Shown piece after piece: positions 11,707 through 24,230 of a stretch of DNA of 64,000 bases. The DNA comes from Mobula hypostoma. Its lineage: Eukaryota. The stretch's first letter is position 1; each line of letters begins with the position of its first letter. The DNA lies in contig NC_086118.1 of assembly GCF_963921235.1 (NCBI RefSeq), positions 19,842,001 to 19,906,000 on the forward strand, written 5' to 3'. Under the pieces are notes generated by a model. It did not search any database. It was not told the DNA's origin and saw only the letters and a program-made list of their open reading frames with translations. A program made the position numbers and the translations under genes.

Positions 11707-14330
11707 ACTACCTAACAATAGTAGTGAGGTCGGTGATGGCATTAAACAGGAAATTAGAAATGCGTGCAATAAAGGAACAGCAGTTATAATGGGTGACTTC
11801 AATCTACATATAGATTGGGTGAACCAAATTGGTAAGGGTGCTGAGGAAGAGGATTTCTTGGAATGTATGCGGGATGGTTTTTTGAACCAACATGTCGAGG
11901 AACAAACTAGAGAGCAGGCTATTCTAGACTGGGTATTGAGCAATGAGGAAGGGTTAATTAGCAATCTTGTCGTGAGAGGCCCCTTGGGTAAGAGTGACCA
12001 TAATATGGTGGAATTCTTCATTAAGATGGAGAGTGACATAGTTAATTCAGAAACAAAGGTTCTGAACTTAAAGAGGGGTAACTTTGAAGGTATGAGACGT
12101 GAATTAGCTAAGATAGACTGGCAAATGACACTTAAAGGATTGACGGTGGATATGCATTGGCAAGCATTTAAAGATCGCATGGATGAACTACAACAATTGT
12201 TCATCCCAGTTTGGCAAAAGAATAAATCAGGGAAGGTAGTGCACCCGTGGCTGACAAGGGAAATTAGGGATAGTATCAATTCCAAAGAAGAAGCATACAA
12301 ATTAGCCAGAAAAAGTGGCTCACCTGAGGACTGGGAGAAATTCAGAGTTCAGCAGAGGAGGACAAAGGGCTTAATTAAGAAAGGAAAAAAAGATTATGAG
12401 AGAAAACCAGCAGGGAACATAAAAACTGACTGTAAAAGCATTTATAGATATGTGAAAAGAAAAAAGATTGGTTAAGACAAATGTAGGTCCCCTACAGACA
12501 GAAACAGGTGAATTGATTATGGGAACTTGGATAGGTTAGGTGAGTGGGCAAATTCATGGCAGATTTAGGACATGGCAGACCAATTGAATAACTACTTTGG
12601 TTCTGTCTCCACTCAGGAGGACATAAATAATCTTTCGGAAATAGTAGGGGACAGAGGGTCCAGTGAGATGGAGGAACTGAGCGAAATACATGTTAGTAGG
12701 GAAGTGGTGGTAGATAAATTGAAGGGATTAAAGGCAGATAAATCCCCAGGGCCAGATGGTCTGCATCCCAGAGTGCTTAAGGAAGTAGCCCAAGAAATAG
12801 TGGATGCATTAGTGATAATTTTTCAAAACTCTTTAGATTCTGGACTAGTTCCTGAGGATTGGAGGGTGGCTAATGTAACTCCACTTTTTAAAAAAGGAGG
12901 GAGAGAGAAACCGGGGAATTATAGACCAGTTAGCCTGACATTGGTGGTGGGGAAAATGCTAGAGTCAGTTATCAAAGATGTGATAACAGCACATTTGGAA
13001 AGCGGTGAAATGATCGGACAAAGTCAGCATGGATTTGTGAAAGGAAAATCATGTCTGACGAATCTCATAGAATTTTTTGAGGATGTAACTAGTAGAGTGG
13101 ATAGGGGAGAACCAGTGGATGTGGTATATTTGGATTTTCAAAAGGCTTTTGACAAGGTCCCACACAGGAGATTAGTGTGCAAACTTAAAGCACACGGTAC
13201 TGGGGGTAAGGTATTGATGTGGATAGAGAATTGGTTGGCAGACAGGAAGCAAAGAGTGGGAATAAACAGGACCTTTTCAGAATGGCAGGCAGTGACTAGT
13301 GGGGTACCGCAAGGCTCAGTGCTGAGACCCCAGTAGTTTACAATATATATTAATGACTTAGATGAGGGAATTAAATGCAGCATCTCCAAGTTTGCGGATG
13401 ACATGAAATTGGGTGGCAGTGTTAGCAGTGAGGAGGATGCTAAGAGGATGCAGGGTGACTTGGATAGGTTAGGTAAGTGGGCAAATTCATGGCAGATGCA
13501 ATTTAATGTGGATAAATGTGAAGTTATCCACTTTGGTGGCAAAAACAGGAAAACAGATTATTATCTGAATGGTGGCCAATTAGGAAAAGGGGAGGTGCAA
13601 CGAGACCTAGGTGTCATTATACACCAGTCATTGAAAGTGGGCATGCAGGTACAGCAGGCGGTGAAAAAAGCGAATGGTATGCTGGCATTTATAGCGAGAG
13701 GATTCGAGTACAGGAGCAGGGAGGTACTACTGCAGTTGTACAAGGCCTTGGTGAGACCACACCTGGAGTATTGTGTGCAGTTTTGGTCCCCTAATCTGAG
13801 GAAAGACATCCTTGCCATAGAGGGAGTACAAAGAAGGTTCACCAGATTGATTCCTGGGATGGCAGGACTTTCATATGATGAAAGACTGGATCGACTAAGC
13901 TTATATTCGTTGGAATTTAGAAGATTGAGGGGGGATCTGATTGAAACGTAGAAAATCCTAAAGGGATTGGACAGGCTAAATGCAGGAAGTTTGTTCCCGA
14001 TGTTGGGGAAGTCCAGAATGAGGGGTCACGGTTTGAGGATAAAGGGGAAGCCTTTTAGGACCGAGATTAGGAAAAACTTCTTCACACAGAGAGTGGTGAA
14101 TCTGTGGAATTCTCTTGCCATGGGAAACAGTTGAGGCCAGTTCATTGGCTATATTTAAGAGGGAGTTAGATATGGCCCTTGTGACTAAAGGGATCAGGGG
14201 GTATGGAGGGAAGGCTGGTACAGGGTTCTGAGCTGGATGATCAGCCATGATCATACTGAATGGCGGTGCAAGCTCGAATGGCTGAATGGCCTACTCCTGC
14301 ACCTATTTTCTAAGTTTCTATGTTTCTATG
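11707..14330 (+). mobile_element. CR1 LINE family A copy 2, 5'-truncated within the APE domain
   Basis: ORFs 11789-12475, 12572-13336, 13403-13951 nearly identical to copy 1; in-frame stops; (TTTCTATG)n tail ending ~14330. Confidence 0.97.
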
Positions 14331-16679
14331 TTCCACTGACCCACTCACTCACTGGCCGTTTTCCACAGTTTGGATAAATACAGGCACACAGATGAGAGAA
14401 GTATGGAGGGCAATGTTCTAGGTGCAGGCAGATGGAACTGGGCAGAAAATCAGGCTGGCACAGGATAAATGGGCTGAAGGGCCTGATTTTGTACTGTAGT
14501 GCTCTATGACTCTATTCTTTCCCGATCTTAAGCCAAAATAAAATTTAGGCTATCAACTTAATTATTTTAAGTGTTCTTTGGAATCAATTTCCACTCTGCT
14601 TTTGTGTGTCCTAAGACATTCAATGAGGTTAATAATGGAACTAGAAAGTATTTCACTGATAGGACAGGTAGTGGCTGGTAGACAGGGGTGGGCACCTCAG
14701 CAGATTGTGGGTTGGGGCACTTCTTCACAGCTTATACTAGGTTTCTGTGTGCTCCTGATACATGGCCTCAAGGATCCCAATACCATACTTAATGCTCCTT
14801 CTGCACATTGAGCATTCATGGGCTGGAGATTTCCACTAAATCAATGGTGATGTTACATTTAATGAAAGGAAGCACAGAATACAGAGCTGTTCCTCTATCT
14901 GCAGGATAACCTATTTCATAACAGATCAGTATAGTGTCTCTGGAATTCGGTGCCAAATATGTGAACAAGTTGGGGACACAAGGGTCAGAATGTGGTTTCC
15001 TCAACATAGTTGACTGAGTGAAACTAAAGCTTCTTGTTAATGTCAGCAGACTCCTCTAGTTCTTAATGTAGTAGTAAGCAGTACTTTATCTTTTTACAGA
15101 TACGATTCTCAATACATCTCCAAGGCTCGCAGTGAACTATCCAAGCATGTGTTTTGCTTTCTGTTAATAATTTAAGCTTTCCTACTAACTGATTAATTTA
15201 TCTTCCTTTAGGCTAATTCATGTAATTATCAAAAGCAAAGAGCTGTATTCTGCTTAAGCTTCACGTAATTGATATCTTATAAATAATGACAAGGGGTCCT
15301 GTGGGTTACTCCACATGGAGCAATTCGATGGAAAGGTAACTTATGACTCTAAAGGAACTGGGAGAGAGGGCAAGTACTAATTACACATGAAAATATACAA
15401 AATAAACAATAAAATCTATGCAAACAATGGGACATGCTGGGATAAATGGAGCATATAAAGCTGAGGGAGTGACCGTTAAGTGATACACAAAAATAATGAG
15501 GACAAAGGTAAGGTAAATGTTCACTGGCCTTTTCCCAGGATAAGTGATTCTAATATGAGAAGGGAAAGGTTTAAAAGGAGTAACTTTTTCTACACAGAGG
15601 ATGACGAGTCTGTACAATGAGCTGCTAGAGGATTGTTACAATCTTTAGAAAACATTTAAACAAGTACCTGGATGTAAAAGATTAGGGCAAATGCAGACAA
15701 AAAGGACTAACTTAGGCAGACAATGTGGCCCGTATAGGCAAGTTAGGCCAAAGGTCTGGTTTCCATGCTCCACATCATTTTTAAATAACTTTTGCTCAAG
15801 TAACAGCCTCTCAGTATTTTGCTGATTGATATAATGAAAGATTTGCTATAATCAATCATGCTTATTTTTTGAAATATGCAGGATAATATACAGACAGCAG
15901 AAGGCTTTACATACATTTTACAAAGTGCCATCATATTGGATGTGAATGCAAATATTCTACAGATTTTGTTTTCCTATTCTACCTACATCCAAAGCTGGTG
16001 GGTGGTGAACGTATCCCTGCAGAATTTCAATTGATAAGGAGTGCAATTAAGTTGACCCAAACACTAAATCCATCTACCCCCATCTTCTGGTTGAAAACTG
16101 AAATGGCTGCTTCATTAAACCTAAAAAATAGGACATGCTGGCAGAACAACTAGAATATGTGAAAAGAGAAATAAACAAAGGGCCTTTGACCAGAAGATGT
16201 TAACTCTATTTTTCTTTCCACTGAATGCATCCGGTATATTCTACTTCTGTTTCAGATTTCCAGCATATGCAGTTTTATGAGTTTCTTTTAATCTAATATT
16301 ACTATTGGCTAAAGATTTCATACAGAACAGGAATCTGCTTCTTTAGTGTTAGCAGTAAACATGCAATGTAATAGTCATAGAGATACAGCACGGAAATAAA
16401 CCTTTAACCCACCATTTTCATGTCAATCATCAATTACTCATCTATATTCATAGCATATTCTAACACCTGATCCATAAGCTCAATGATTCAAGTACTTGTC
16501 AAGGCACTGCTTAAAATGTGTGAAGCCTTTGTCTCCACCATCTTCTTCAGGCAGTGTCATCCAGATTCTAGCTTCTGGGAGAAAAAGCTTTTCCTCAGCT
16601 CCCTCTAAACCTTTTACTCCTTACCCCACATCTATGGTGTCTGGTTAAGACATGTTCCCTTTACTTTTTGTCTTATTCA

Positions 16680-16722
16680 TGCCCCTCATATCTTTTTGCC
16701 CCTCATATCTTTTTGCCCCTCA
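16680..16722. repeat. Short tandem repeat, 17-bp unit x2.5
   Basis: TGCCCCTCATATCTTTT repeated. Confidence 0.85.
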
Positions 16723-16849
16723 AACAGGTCACTTCTCAGCTTCATCCACTGCAAGGGAAACAATCATTGTTTTCCAGTCTGATCTCAGACCTGAGTTGCT
16801 CTATCCCAGGCACCCTCTCCTCTGCAATCACATCGTTCCCGCAGAAATA

Positions 16850-17250
16850 TTCAGAGTATTTCAGTTCTGGGGCTGTATGGGGTGTCCAGGGAAGGGTAGC
16901 CCATTTGGTGAAAGGGCTTGTCATGTCCGTTCTGGGGCAGCTTACCCACCTTTGATTCTCCAAGTAGCTGTCTGCATGCAACAGCGACCACGCCCCAGCA
17001 CACCACTTCGACAGGTGGACTAAACCAGGTGAGGTAGCCAGCAGGCCTCATGCCTCGGTGAGATGGGCACATGCCTGTCCTGGCACACGAAGTCAGCTCT
17101 TATAGACTGACCGGATGAGGCCTACAGTGAGATCTGACAGCCAGGGTGACAGTTTTTCAACGCTCTGTGGAAAGCAAAGGGCATGAAAGCACACAGAAGA
17201 TGCTATGGTCATCCACTACAACTAAGGAAGATCCCAGCTTGAAATATTTG
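16850..17250 (+). mobile_element. Probable RTE-derived non-autonomous element
   Basis: ggtgaaagggcttgtc head and tggtcatccact 3' part resemble RTE termini; recognised from memory only. Confidence 0.35.
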
Positions 17251-17744
17251 CTTGTTCTGCATTATTCTGCACCGGGATTTCTGGGATCAAAAGGGTGGAA
17301 CTGCCCCAGTGCAAACTTTGAAAACTCTCCCGCACAGGTCTCTTATCATCGTTGGACAGGATGGACAACCACCACTTCAGCTATGGGCAGGACAACGTTT
17401 TGTGTCCTACCTGCTCTTATATTCCATCACCTACATAATAAAGGCATGTATCAAGTATCTAGAATGCCTTCTTAAATACATTGCCCTGTTATCTTCAGGT
17501 ATCTCTGTTCCTCTGTTCCTCATTGCTCACTGGAGTCCGGCCATTCATTTTATATATCTTGGCCTTGCATTTCTCTCGTAATGTATTACCTCACACTTAT
17601 CAGCATTAACTTATATCAGAGCTTTGCATTCTCCCTTCGGAATTTGCCACCATCAACTTCACTGGTGCCAAATATCAATGGACAATATAGCATATTTAAT
17701 TGTGTGTTCTCTTCTTCCTCCAATGATTTTCTTCAGCAGCAAAG

Positions 17745-18505
17745 TTCAAGATTTAAAGTATGTATAGATTAGTGTATACTACCTTGAGGTTTATTTACTT
17801 ATAGGCATTTACAGGGTGAAAGGAACACAATAGACTTTATGTACAATGATGCATAAAGACAAGGACTGACAAACAACCTATATGCCAAAGAAGGCAAACT
17901 GCAAAAACAATTACTGAGAGTATGAGTTCTATAGAGACCTTGAATCAATTCAGAGCAATGGTGATTGATTTTATTCACAACGGTTCAGGAGTCTAATGGT
18001 TGTAGGGTAATAACTGCCCTGAACCTGATGATGCAGGATCTAAGATTCCTGTAGCTACTGTCTGATGGTAGTAACAAGAAAAGGACGTGGCCTGAATGAT
18101 CTTTGATGATGGGTGACAGTTTCTTGTGGCAGTGCTCCATGATGACTACTTAGTTGGGCTAGGACAAGCTATTGGCGATGATCACTCCTAGGAACCTGAA
18201 GCTTACAAAACTCTGGACGTCAGCACTGTTGATGGAAACAGGAGTGATCCCTTCTTGTGGTCAATGACCAGCACTTAAGTTTTACTAATGTTGAAGGAAA
18301 GCTTGCTGTCATGGTACCGTGTCACTAGGCTCTCTATACCCGTCCTTTACTTCAACTCATCATTATTTGAGATTTATCCCACTACAGTTGCATCATCTGC
18401 AAACATGTCAAAGGAGTTAGAGTAGAATGTGATCACGCAGTCATTAGCTGAGGCTGAGGCTACAGTTCTGATGATCGTGACAGAGATGTTGCTCCCTATC
18501 CTTAC
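17745..18505 (-). mobile_element. Rex1/Babar LINE 3' fragment, decayed
   Basis: Reverse tail aagttcaag; minus-strand remnants of the FADD region and the PPGSGT-like C-terminus shared with other Rex1 copies here. Confidence 0.65.
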
Positions 18506-18699
18506 TCATAGATTCATGGAGTCATACAACACTACAGCACAGAAACAGGCCCTACAGCCCATCCGGTCCATGCCAAACCGTTAATCTGCCTAGTGTCATC
18601 GGCCTGCACCTGGACCATCGTCCTCCATACCCCTCCCATCCATTTATCTAACCAAATTTCTCTTAAATGTTGAAATTGAAACCAAATTGAAACCCTTGT

Positions 18700-19135
18700 A
18701 GAAATTTCTTCAGATTTGGGGGCCCATACCAAACTTCTTCAACTGTCTGTTGTGCCTTTTTCACCACACAGCTGGTGTGTACAGATCACGTGAGGTCCTC
18801 GGTGATGTGGATGTCAAGAAACTAGATCTACAATCTAGAAACTAGAAGCTACATCCATTGATGTCAATAGGGGTTAGCCCATCTCCATTCCTCCTGTAAC
18901 CCACAACCAGCTCCTTTGTTTTTGCGACATTGAGGGAGAGGTTGTTTTCTTGACACCACTGTGTCAAAGAGATGCCTTCTTCCCTGTAGGCCACCTCATT
19001 ATTGTTTGAGATAAGGCCAATCAATGTAGTGTTGGCATAAAATTTAATTAGCAAATTGGAACTGTGAGGGACTGTACAGTCATGGGTATACAGGGAGTAA
19101 AGGAGGGGACTCAGTACGCAACCCTGAGGGCGAAA
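18700..19135 (-). mobile_element. Rex1/Babar RT fragment nested in an old CR1
   Basis: PQGCVLSPLLYSLYTHDC...NNLSLNVAKTKELVV in ORF 18842-19339. Confidence 0.85.
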
Positions 19136-19291
19136 GTCCATGTAGACAGTATCTACTATGTTGCCTTCATCAACTTCCCCAGTAACCTGCTCAAAAAACT
19201 CCATGAGATTGGTTAGATATGACCTACCACACACAAAGCCATATTGACTATCCATAATCTGTCCCTGCCTATCCAAATACTTATATATCCA

Positions 19292-19506
19292 AGCAACACA
19301 CATCAAAGTTGCTGGTGAACACAGCAGGCCAGGCAGCATCTTTAGGAAGAGGTACAGTTGACGTTTCGGGCCGAGACCCTTCGTCAGGACTAACTGAAAG
19401 AACAGCTAGTAAGAATTAAGAATTACTAGCTCTTCTTTCAGTTAGTCCAGCAACTTTGATGTGTGTTACTTGAATTTCCAGCATCTGCAGAATTCCTCGT
19501 GTTTGC
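19292..19506. mobile_element. Palindromic Penelope-derived mini-element (inverted pseudo-LTRs)
   Basis: Exact 13-bp TSD ACTTATATATCCA (19279-19291 / 19507-19519); inverted arms around ~19418. Confidence 0.88.
19356..19391 (-). ncRNA. Minimal type I hammerhead ribozyme motif (Penelope-associated)
   Basis: Minus strand AGUC-CUGACGA-A-GGG-UCUCGG-CCC-GAA-ACGU-C-AACU; core intact, one stem I mismatch. Confidence 0.75.
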
Positions 19507-21599
19507 ACTTATATATCCATTCTCTGAATACTTTCCAATAAGTTACCCACTAATGATGTCAGGTTCACTTCCCTATAATGTCCTGGCCTATTTTTAGAGC
19601 CTTTCTCAAATAATGTAACAACATTGGCTGTCCTCTGGCACATCGCCTGTGGCTAAGGATGTTTTAAATCTCTGCTAGGGCCCCTGCAAATTCTTCCCTA
19701 GCATCCAAAAGGATCCAAGGAAACATCCTGTCAGGCCCTAGATATTTACCCATCCTAATTTGCCTCAAATCAGCAAACACATCCTCCTCTGTAATCTGTA
19801 TAGGGCCCATGACCTCTTTGCTGTTTGCCTCCTGTCCATAGACGCTGTGTCTGTCTCCAGAGTAAATGCTTTGCAAAAAATCCATTCAGATCTCCCCATC
19901 TCTTTCAGCTCCACCCACAGATCATGACTCTGATCTTCCAAGGAATCTATTTTGTCCATTACTATCTATTTGCTCTTAATATATCTGTAGAAGCCTTCAT
20001 CTTTTTCCACTTCAGCAACTTCATGTTTTCTTTTAGTCCTCCTGATTTCCTTCTCTTGCATTCTCTTGTTCACTTGCATTTCTTCTACTCCTCAAGTTCA
20101 CCATTCTTTTCTACCTACCTACACCTGCTCTGTACCTCCTTAACCGGGCCTCGATATCTCTTGAAAACCAAGGTTCCCTAAACGCGATATCCTTGCATTC
20201 TATGCTGATCAGGAACATACAAATTTTGTACTCTCAAAATCTCATTTTTGAAGGCCTCCCACTTACCAAGTACACCTTCAACCTATCCCAATCCACATTT
20301 GCCAGATTCTTTCTTATACCATCAAAATTGACCTTTCTCCAATGTAGACCTCAACCAACAGACCAGACCTATCCTTTTCCATAATTACCTTGAAATTAAT
20401 GGCATTGCGACTACTAGATGCAAAGAGCTCCCTTACGCAATCTTCTGTCGCCTGCCTGATATTATTCCCTAATAGGAGATCAAGTATCACACACTATCTC
20501 TTTGGGACTTTTACGTGCAACCTTTTCTTGCAGCAGTCTGTGATCTCTACAAATTTGCTCTTCTAAATCCCACAGACTGTTGGGTGATCTATAACGTAAT
20601 CCCATTAACATTGCCATACCTTTCTTATTCCTCAGTTCCACCCTGTTCTGGCGCACCCGTTCCCATCCCCCTGCAACTCTAGTTTAACCCGTCACCCCTA
20701 CCACAGTAGCAAACCTTCCAGCTAGGATATTAGTTCCTTCTCCAGTTCAGGTGCCAACTGTCCCTTCTGTACAGGCCCCAGCTTCCTGAAAGATAGCCCA
20801 ATGACTTGAAGTTCAAAGTCCTCCCTCCTGCACCATCACCTTAGCCACATGTTAACCTGTATAACCTTCCAATTTCTGGCCCCATTAGCACATTGCATGG
20901 GTAACAATCCTGACAGGTCCTGTCCATTAGCTTAGCACCTAACTCCCTGAACTCATTTTGCAGGACTTCATCTACCCATGTCATTGGTACCAACATGGAT
21001 CATGACCTCTGGCTGCTCTCCCTCTCCTTTAAGAATGCTGTGGACTCAATCTGAGATGCTCCTGACCCTGGCACCTGAGAAGCAACATACCATCTTGAAA
21101 TTTTGTTCTCGTCCACAGAACTTCCTTACTGTTCTCCGAACCAACAAATCCCCTATCAGCTCGCTTCTTCCCACCCCCCCCACCCCCGACCAACCTACCC
21201 TCTGAGTCATAGAGCCAGAGACATGGCCATTGTTGCTTTCTTCTGTTAGGTCATTCTCCCAACAGTATCCAATGTGGTATCCCTGGTGTTGAGGGGAACA
21301 GCCACTCTGCTTAACCCCTTTCCCCCTCTTGATAGTCACTCAGCTATCTGTGTCCTGCACGTTGGTTGTAACTACCTCCCTGTCTGTCCTGTTTATCAAC
21401 CCCTTAGCCTCACAAATGATCCGAAGTTCATCCAGTTCAAGACCGAACTCCTTACCTCAGCATGTTAGAAGCTGCAGCTGGATACACTTCTTGCAGGTGT
21501 AGTTATCAGGGAAACTGGAGGCCTTCAAGCCTTCCTACATCCCACAAGAGGAGCATTGCAGTCTGTTAGTCAGGAAGTCAGTTGCAAAGGGGAGAAGCA

Positions 21600-23300
21600 A
21601 AGATGTGGTCTGCAAAGTACAATGGGAGATAGAAAAAGTATGTCAAGAGGGCAATGATAGGGGACTGGCAGTCATGGAGGATTTCAATATGCAGGTAGAT
21701 TGGAAAAATCAAGTTAATGCTGAAACACAGGAGGGAGAATTTGTAAAATGCCTATGAGATTTTTTTTAGAGCAGCTCATGGTTAAGCTCAGTAGGACCTC
21801 CGCTGTTCTGAGTTAGGTGTTGGGCAGTGAACCAGAACTGATTAGAGAGTTTAAGGTAAAGGAGTCCTTAGGGGATAGTGATCATAATATGATTAAATTT
21901 ACCCTGCAATTTGAGAAGGAGAAGCTAAAGTCCGATGTATCAGTATTACAGTGAAGTAAAGGGTTTTACAGAGGCATGAGAGAGGAAGAGAACACTAGCA
22001 GCAACAATGGCAGAGCAGCAATGGCTGGGGTTTCTGGGAGCAATTCAGAATACACAGGATAGATACATCCCAAGGAAGAAATAATATTCTAAAGGCAGGA
22101 TAATGCACCCGTGATTAACTAAAGATGTCAAAGCCTACATAAAAGCCAAAGAGAGGGCCTATAATAGAGTAAAAATTAGTGGCATGGTTGAGGATTGGGA
22201 AGCTTTTAAAAACAAATAAAATGCAACTAAAAAAGTAATAAAGAAGGAAAGGATGGAATACTAAGGTAAGCTAGCCAATAATATTTTAAAGAGGATACCA
22301 AAAGTTTCTTTAGATATATGAAGTATAAAAGAGAGGTAAGAGAAGATATCTGACTATGGAAACTGATAATGGAGAAGTAGTAATGAGAACAAGGAAGTGG
22401 CGGACGAACTGTATAAGTATTTTGCAGCAGTTTTCACTGTGGAAGACACTAGCAGAATGGTGGAAGTTCAACATTGTCCAGTGCAGATGCAGTTTTGGGA
22501 AGTATATGGCCAAGGACTTTGGTAGAAGAAATAAAAGTGTAGACTATTTTCTAAATGGAGAGAACATTCAAAAATCTGACGTGCAAAGAGATGGAAGTTC
22601 TTGTGCAGGATTCTCTAAAGGTTAATTTGCAGATTGAGTAGCTGTTGTGGAAAGCAAATGTAATATTAGCATTAATTTCAAGAGGAATTGAATACGAAAG
22701 CAAGGATATAATGTAAAGATTTTATAAGGCACTGGTGAAGCCTCACTTGGAGTATTGGGAGTAGTTTAGAGTCCCTTACCCAAAAAAAGATGTCCTGATA
22801 TTGTAGAGGGTTCAAAGGAGGTTTGTGAAAATGATTCAAGTATTAAAAGACTTATTATATGAGGAACATTTAATGGTTCTGGGCCTGTACTCACTGGAAT
22901 TCAGAATAATGAGAGGGGTTCTCATTGAAACCTATTGAATGTTGAAAGGCCTTGACAGAGTGGATGTGAAGAAGATGTTTCCTTGGTGGAGGAGTCTATG
23001 ACCAGAAGATACAACCTTAGAATAAAGGGACATCCTTTAAGAATGGAGGTGAGAAGGAATTTCTTTCACCAGGGAGTGGTGAATCTGTGGAATTCATTGC
23101 CACAGGCAACTGTGGAGGCCAAGTTATTGGGTACGTTTAAGGCAGAGGTTAATAGACTCTTGATTATCAAGGTACGAAGGGATAGAGGGAGAAGGCAGGG
23201 GATTGGGGCAGAAGGAAATGGATCAGCCATGTTGAAATTGTGGAGCAGACTCAATGGGCCAAATGGCCTAATTCTTTTCCTATATCTTATGGTTTTATGG
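21600..23300 (+). mobile_element. Older CR1 LINE, truncated in APE, with most of the RT core deleted near 22500
   Basis: VMEDFN and GDSDH remnants, tether, jump to the C-terminal region (RRNFFHQGVVNLWNSLP), (TATGG..)n tail. Confidence 0.85.
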
Positions 23301-23304
23301 AAGT

Positions 23305-24230
23305 ATTGAGTCCCAGGTCAAGGGGTTTAGAGATGAGTTTGGCAGAGCTGTACTCTAATGTTTGTGCCTTTACTGTCTGGAGATGAGTATAGTATCAGAG
23401 AGATAGCGTCCACTAAGGACCTGTTTCAGCAGTAAACAAAATGCAGTGGCTGTAGATTAGAGATAATATGTGGCATGACTATCCTCTTGAAGCACTTCAT
23501 AATGTGGATCTTAGAGCCATCAAGTGATTGCCATTAAGGCACATTACCTTTTTTTCCTTAGGTACAGGAATGATAGTGGTCTTCTTAATGCAGGTAGAGG
23601 CCGAAATAGGGAGAAGTTAAACTTTTATGCAAGTATCCCAGCCAGCTGATCTGGGCAGGGTCTAAGAACCAGGCTTGGTACTTCATTCAGGCCAGATGCT
23701 TTCACAGGTTCACTCTACAGAAGGTTAATCTATATAATGAAGGCTATCAGGACAAGTGGTGACATTCATTCTTTTTTTGTTCAAAACGTGCATAGAATAT
23801 GTTAAGCTCATCAGGAAAGTATGCACTGTTGGTCAACTCAGGTAAACCTTGCCAGAAATGATGGATGGCCTGGGACTCAACTTAGGCTGGTATTGCTGTA
23901 TCTCTTGGTATCCCTGATAGCTCTATGAAGGTTGTGTCTCATTTTTTTGTTGCGGTTTGAGTTACCTGATTTGAATGCCACAATCTAGACTTCAGTAGGG
24001 AGTGAATCTTCCAGTTCATCCATGGTTCCCAGTTTGGGAACACCCAGATTGACTTCTTGGGTACACAGTTCTCCACACACTTGCTGATAAAGTCCACAGT
24101 GATGGTGATAAAATCAAGCTTGGCTGCTGAGCATTTGATTATGGACCAATCAAAACAGTTGCAAAGAAGCTCATCTCTTTCCTCAGACATGTGCTGTTTG
24201 ACTTGCTGTAAACCTCCATACGGTCACCTC
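23305..24230 (-). mobile_element. Rex1/Babar LINE fragment, decayed
   Basis: ORF 23939-24190 (CFDWS...DFISKCVENCVPKKSIWVFPN..PWMN) is typical of the Rex1 tether region. Confidence 0.7.

Larger units (their letters stand above)
18505..21555 (-). mobile_element. Old CR1 LINE (ORF1 esterase to 3' end) with deletions and nested inserts
   Basis: ORF1 remnants (CSSC, IGDLLVR, CCFSGARV), APE/RT remnants (DSQYGF, TNLMEFF), CR1 3' end at 18505-18690. Confidence 0.75.

Noticed and set aside
7678..14330. Single twin-primed CR1
   Set aside because: The halves are different families, overlap in domain content and each has its own 3' tail
18842..19339. Chimeric 165-aa RT ORF as a novel fusion
   Set aside because: Chance read-through across nested Penelope, CR1 and Rex1 fragments
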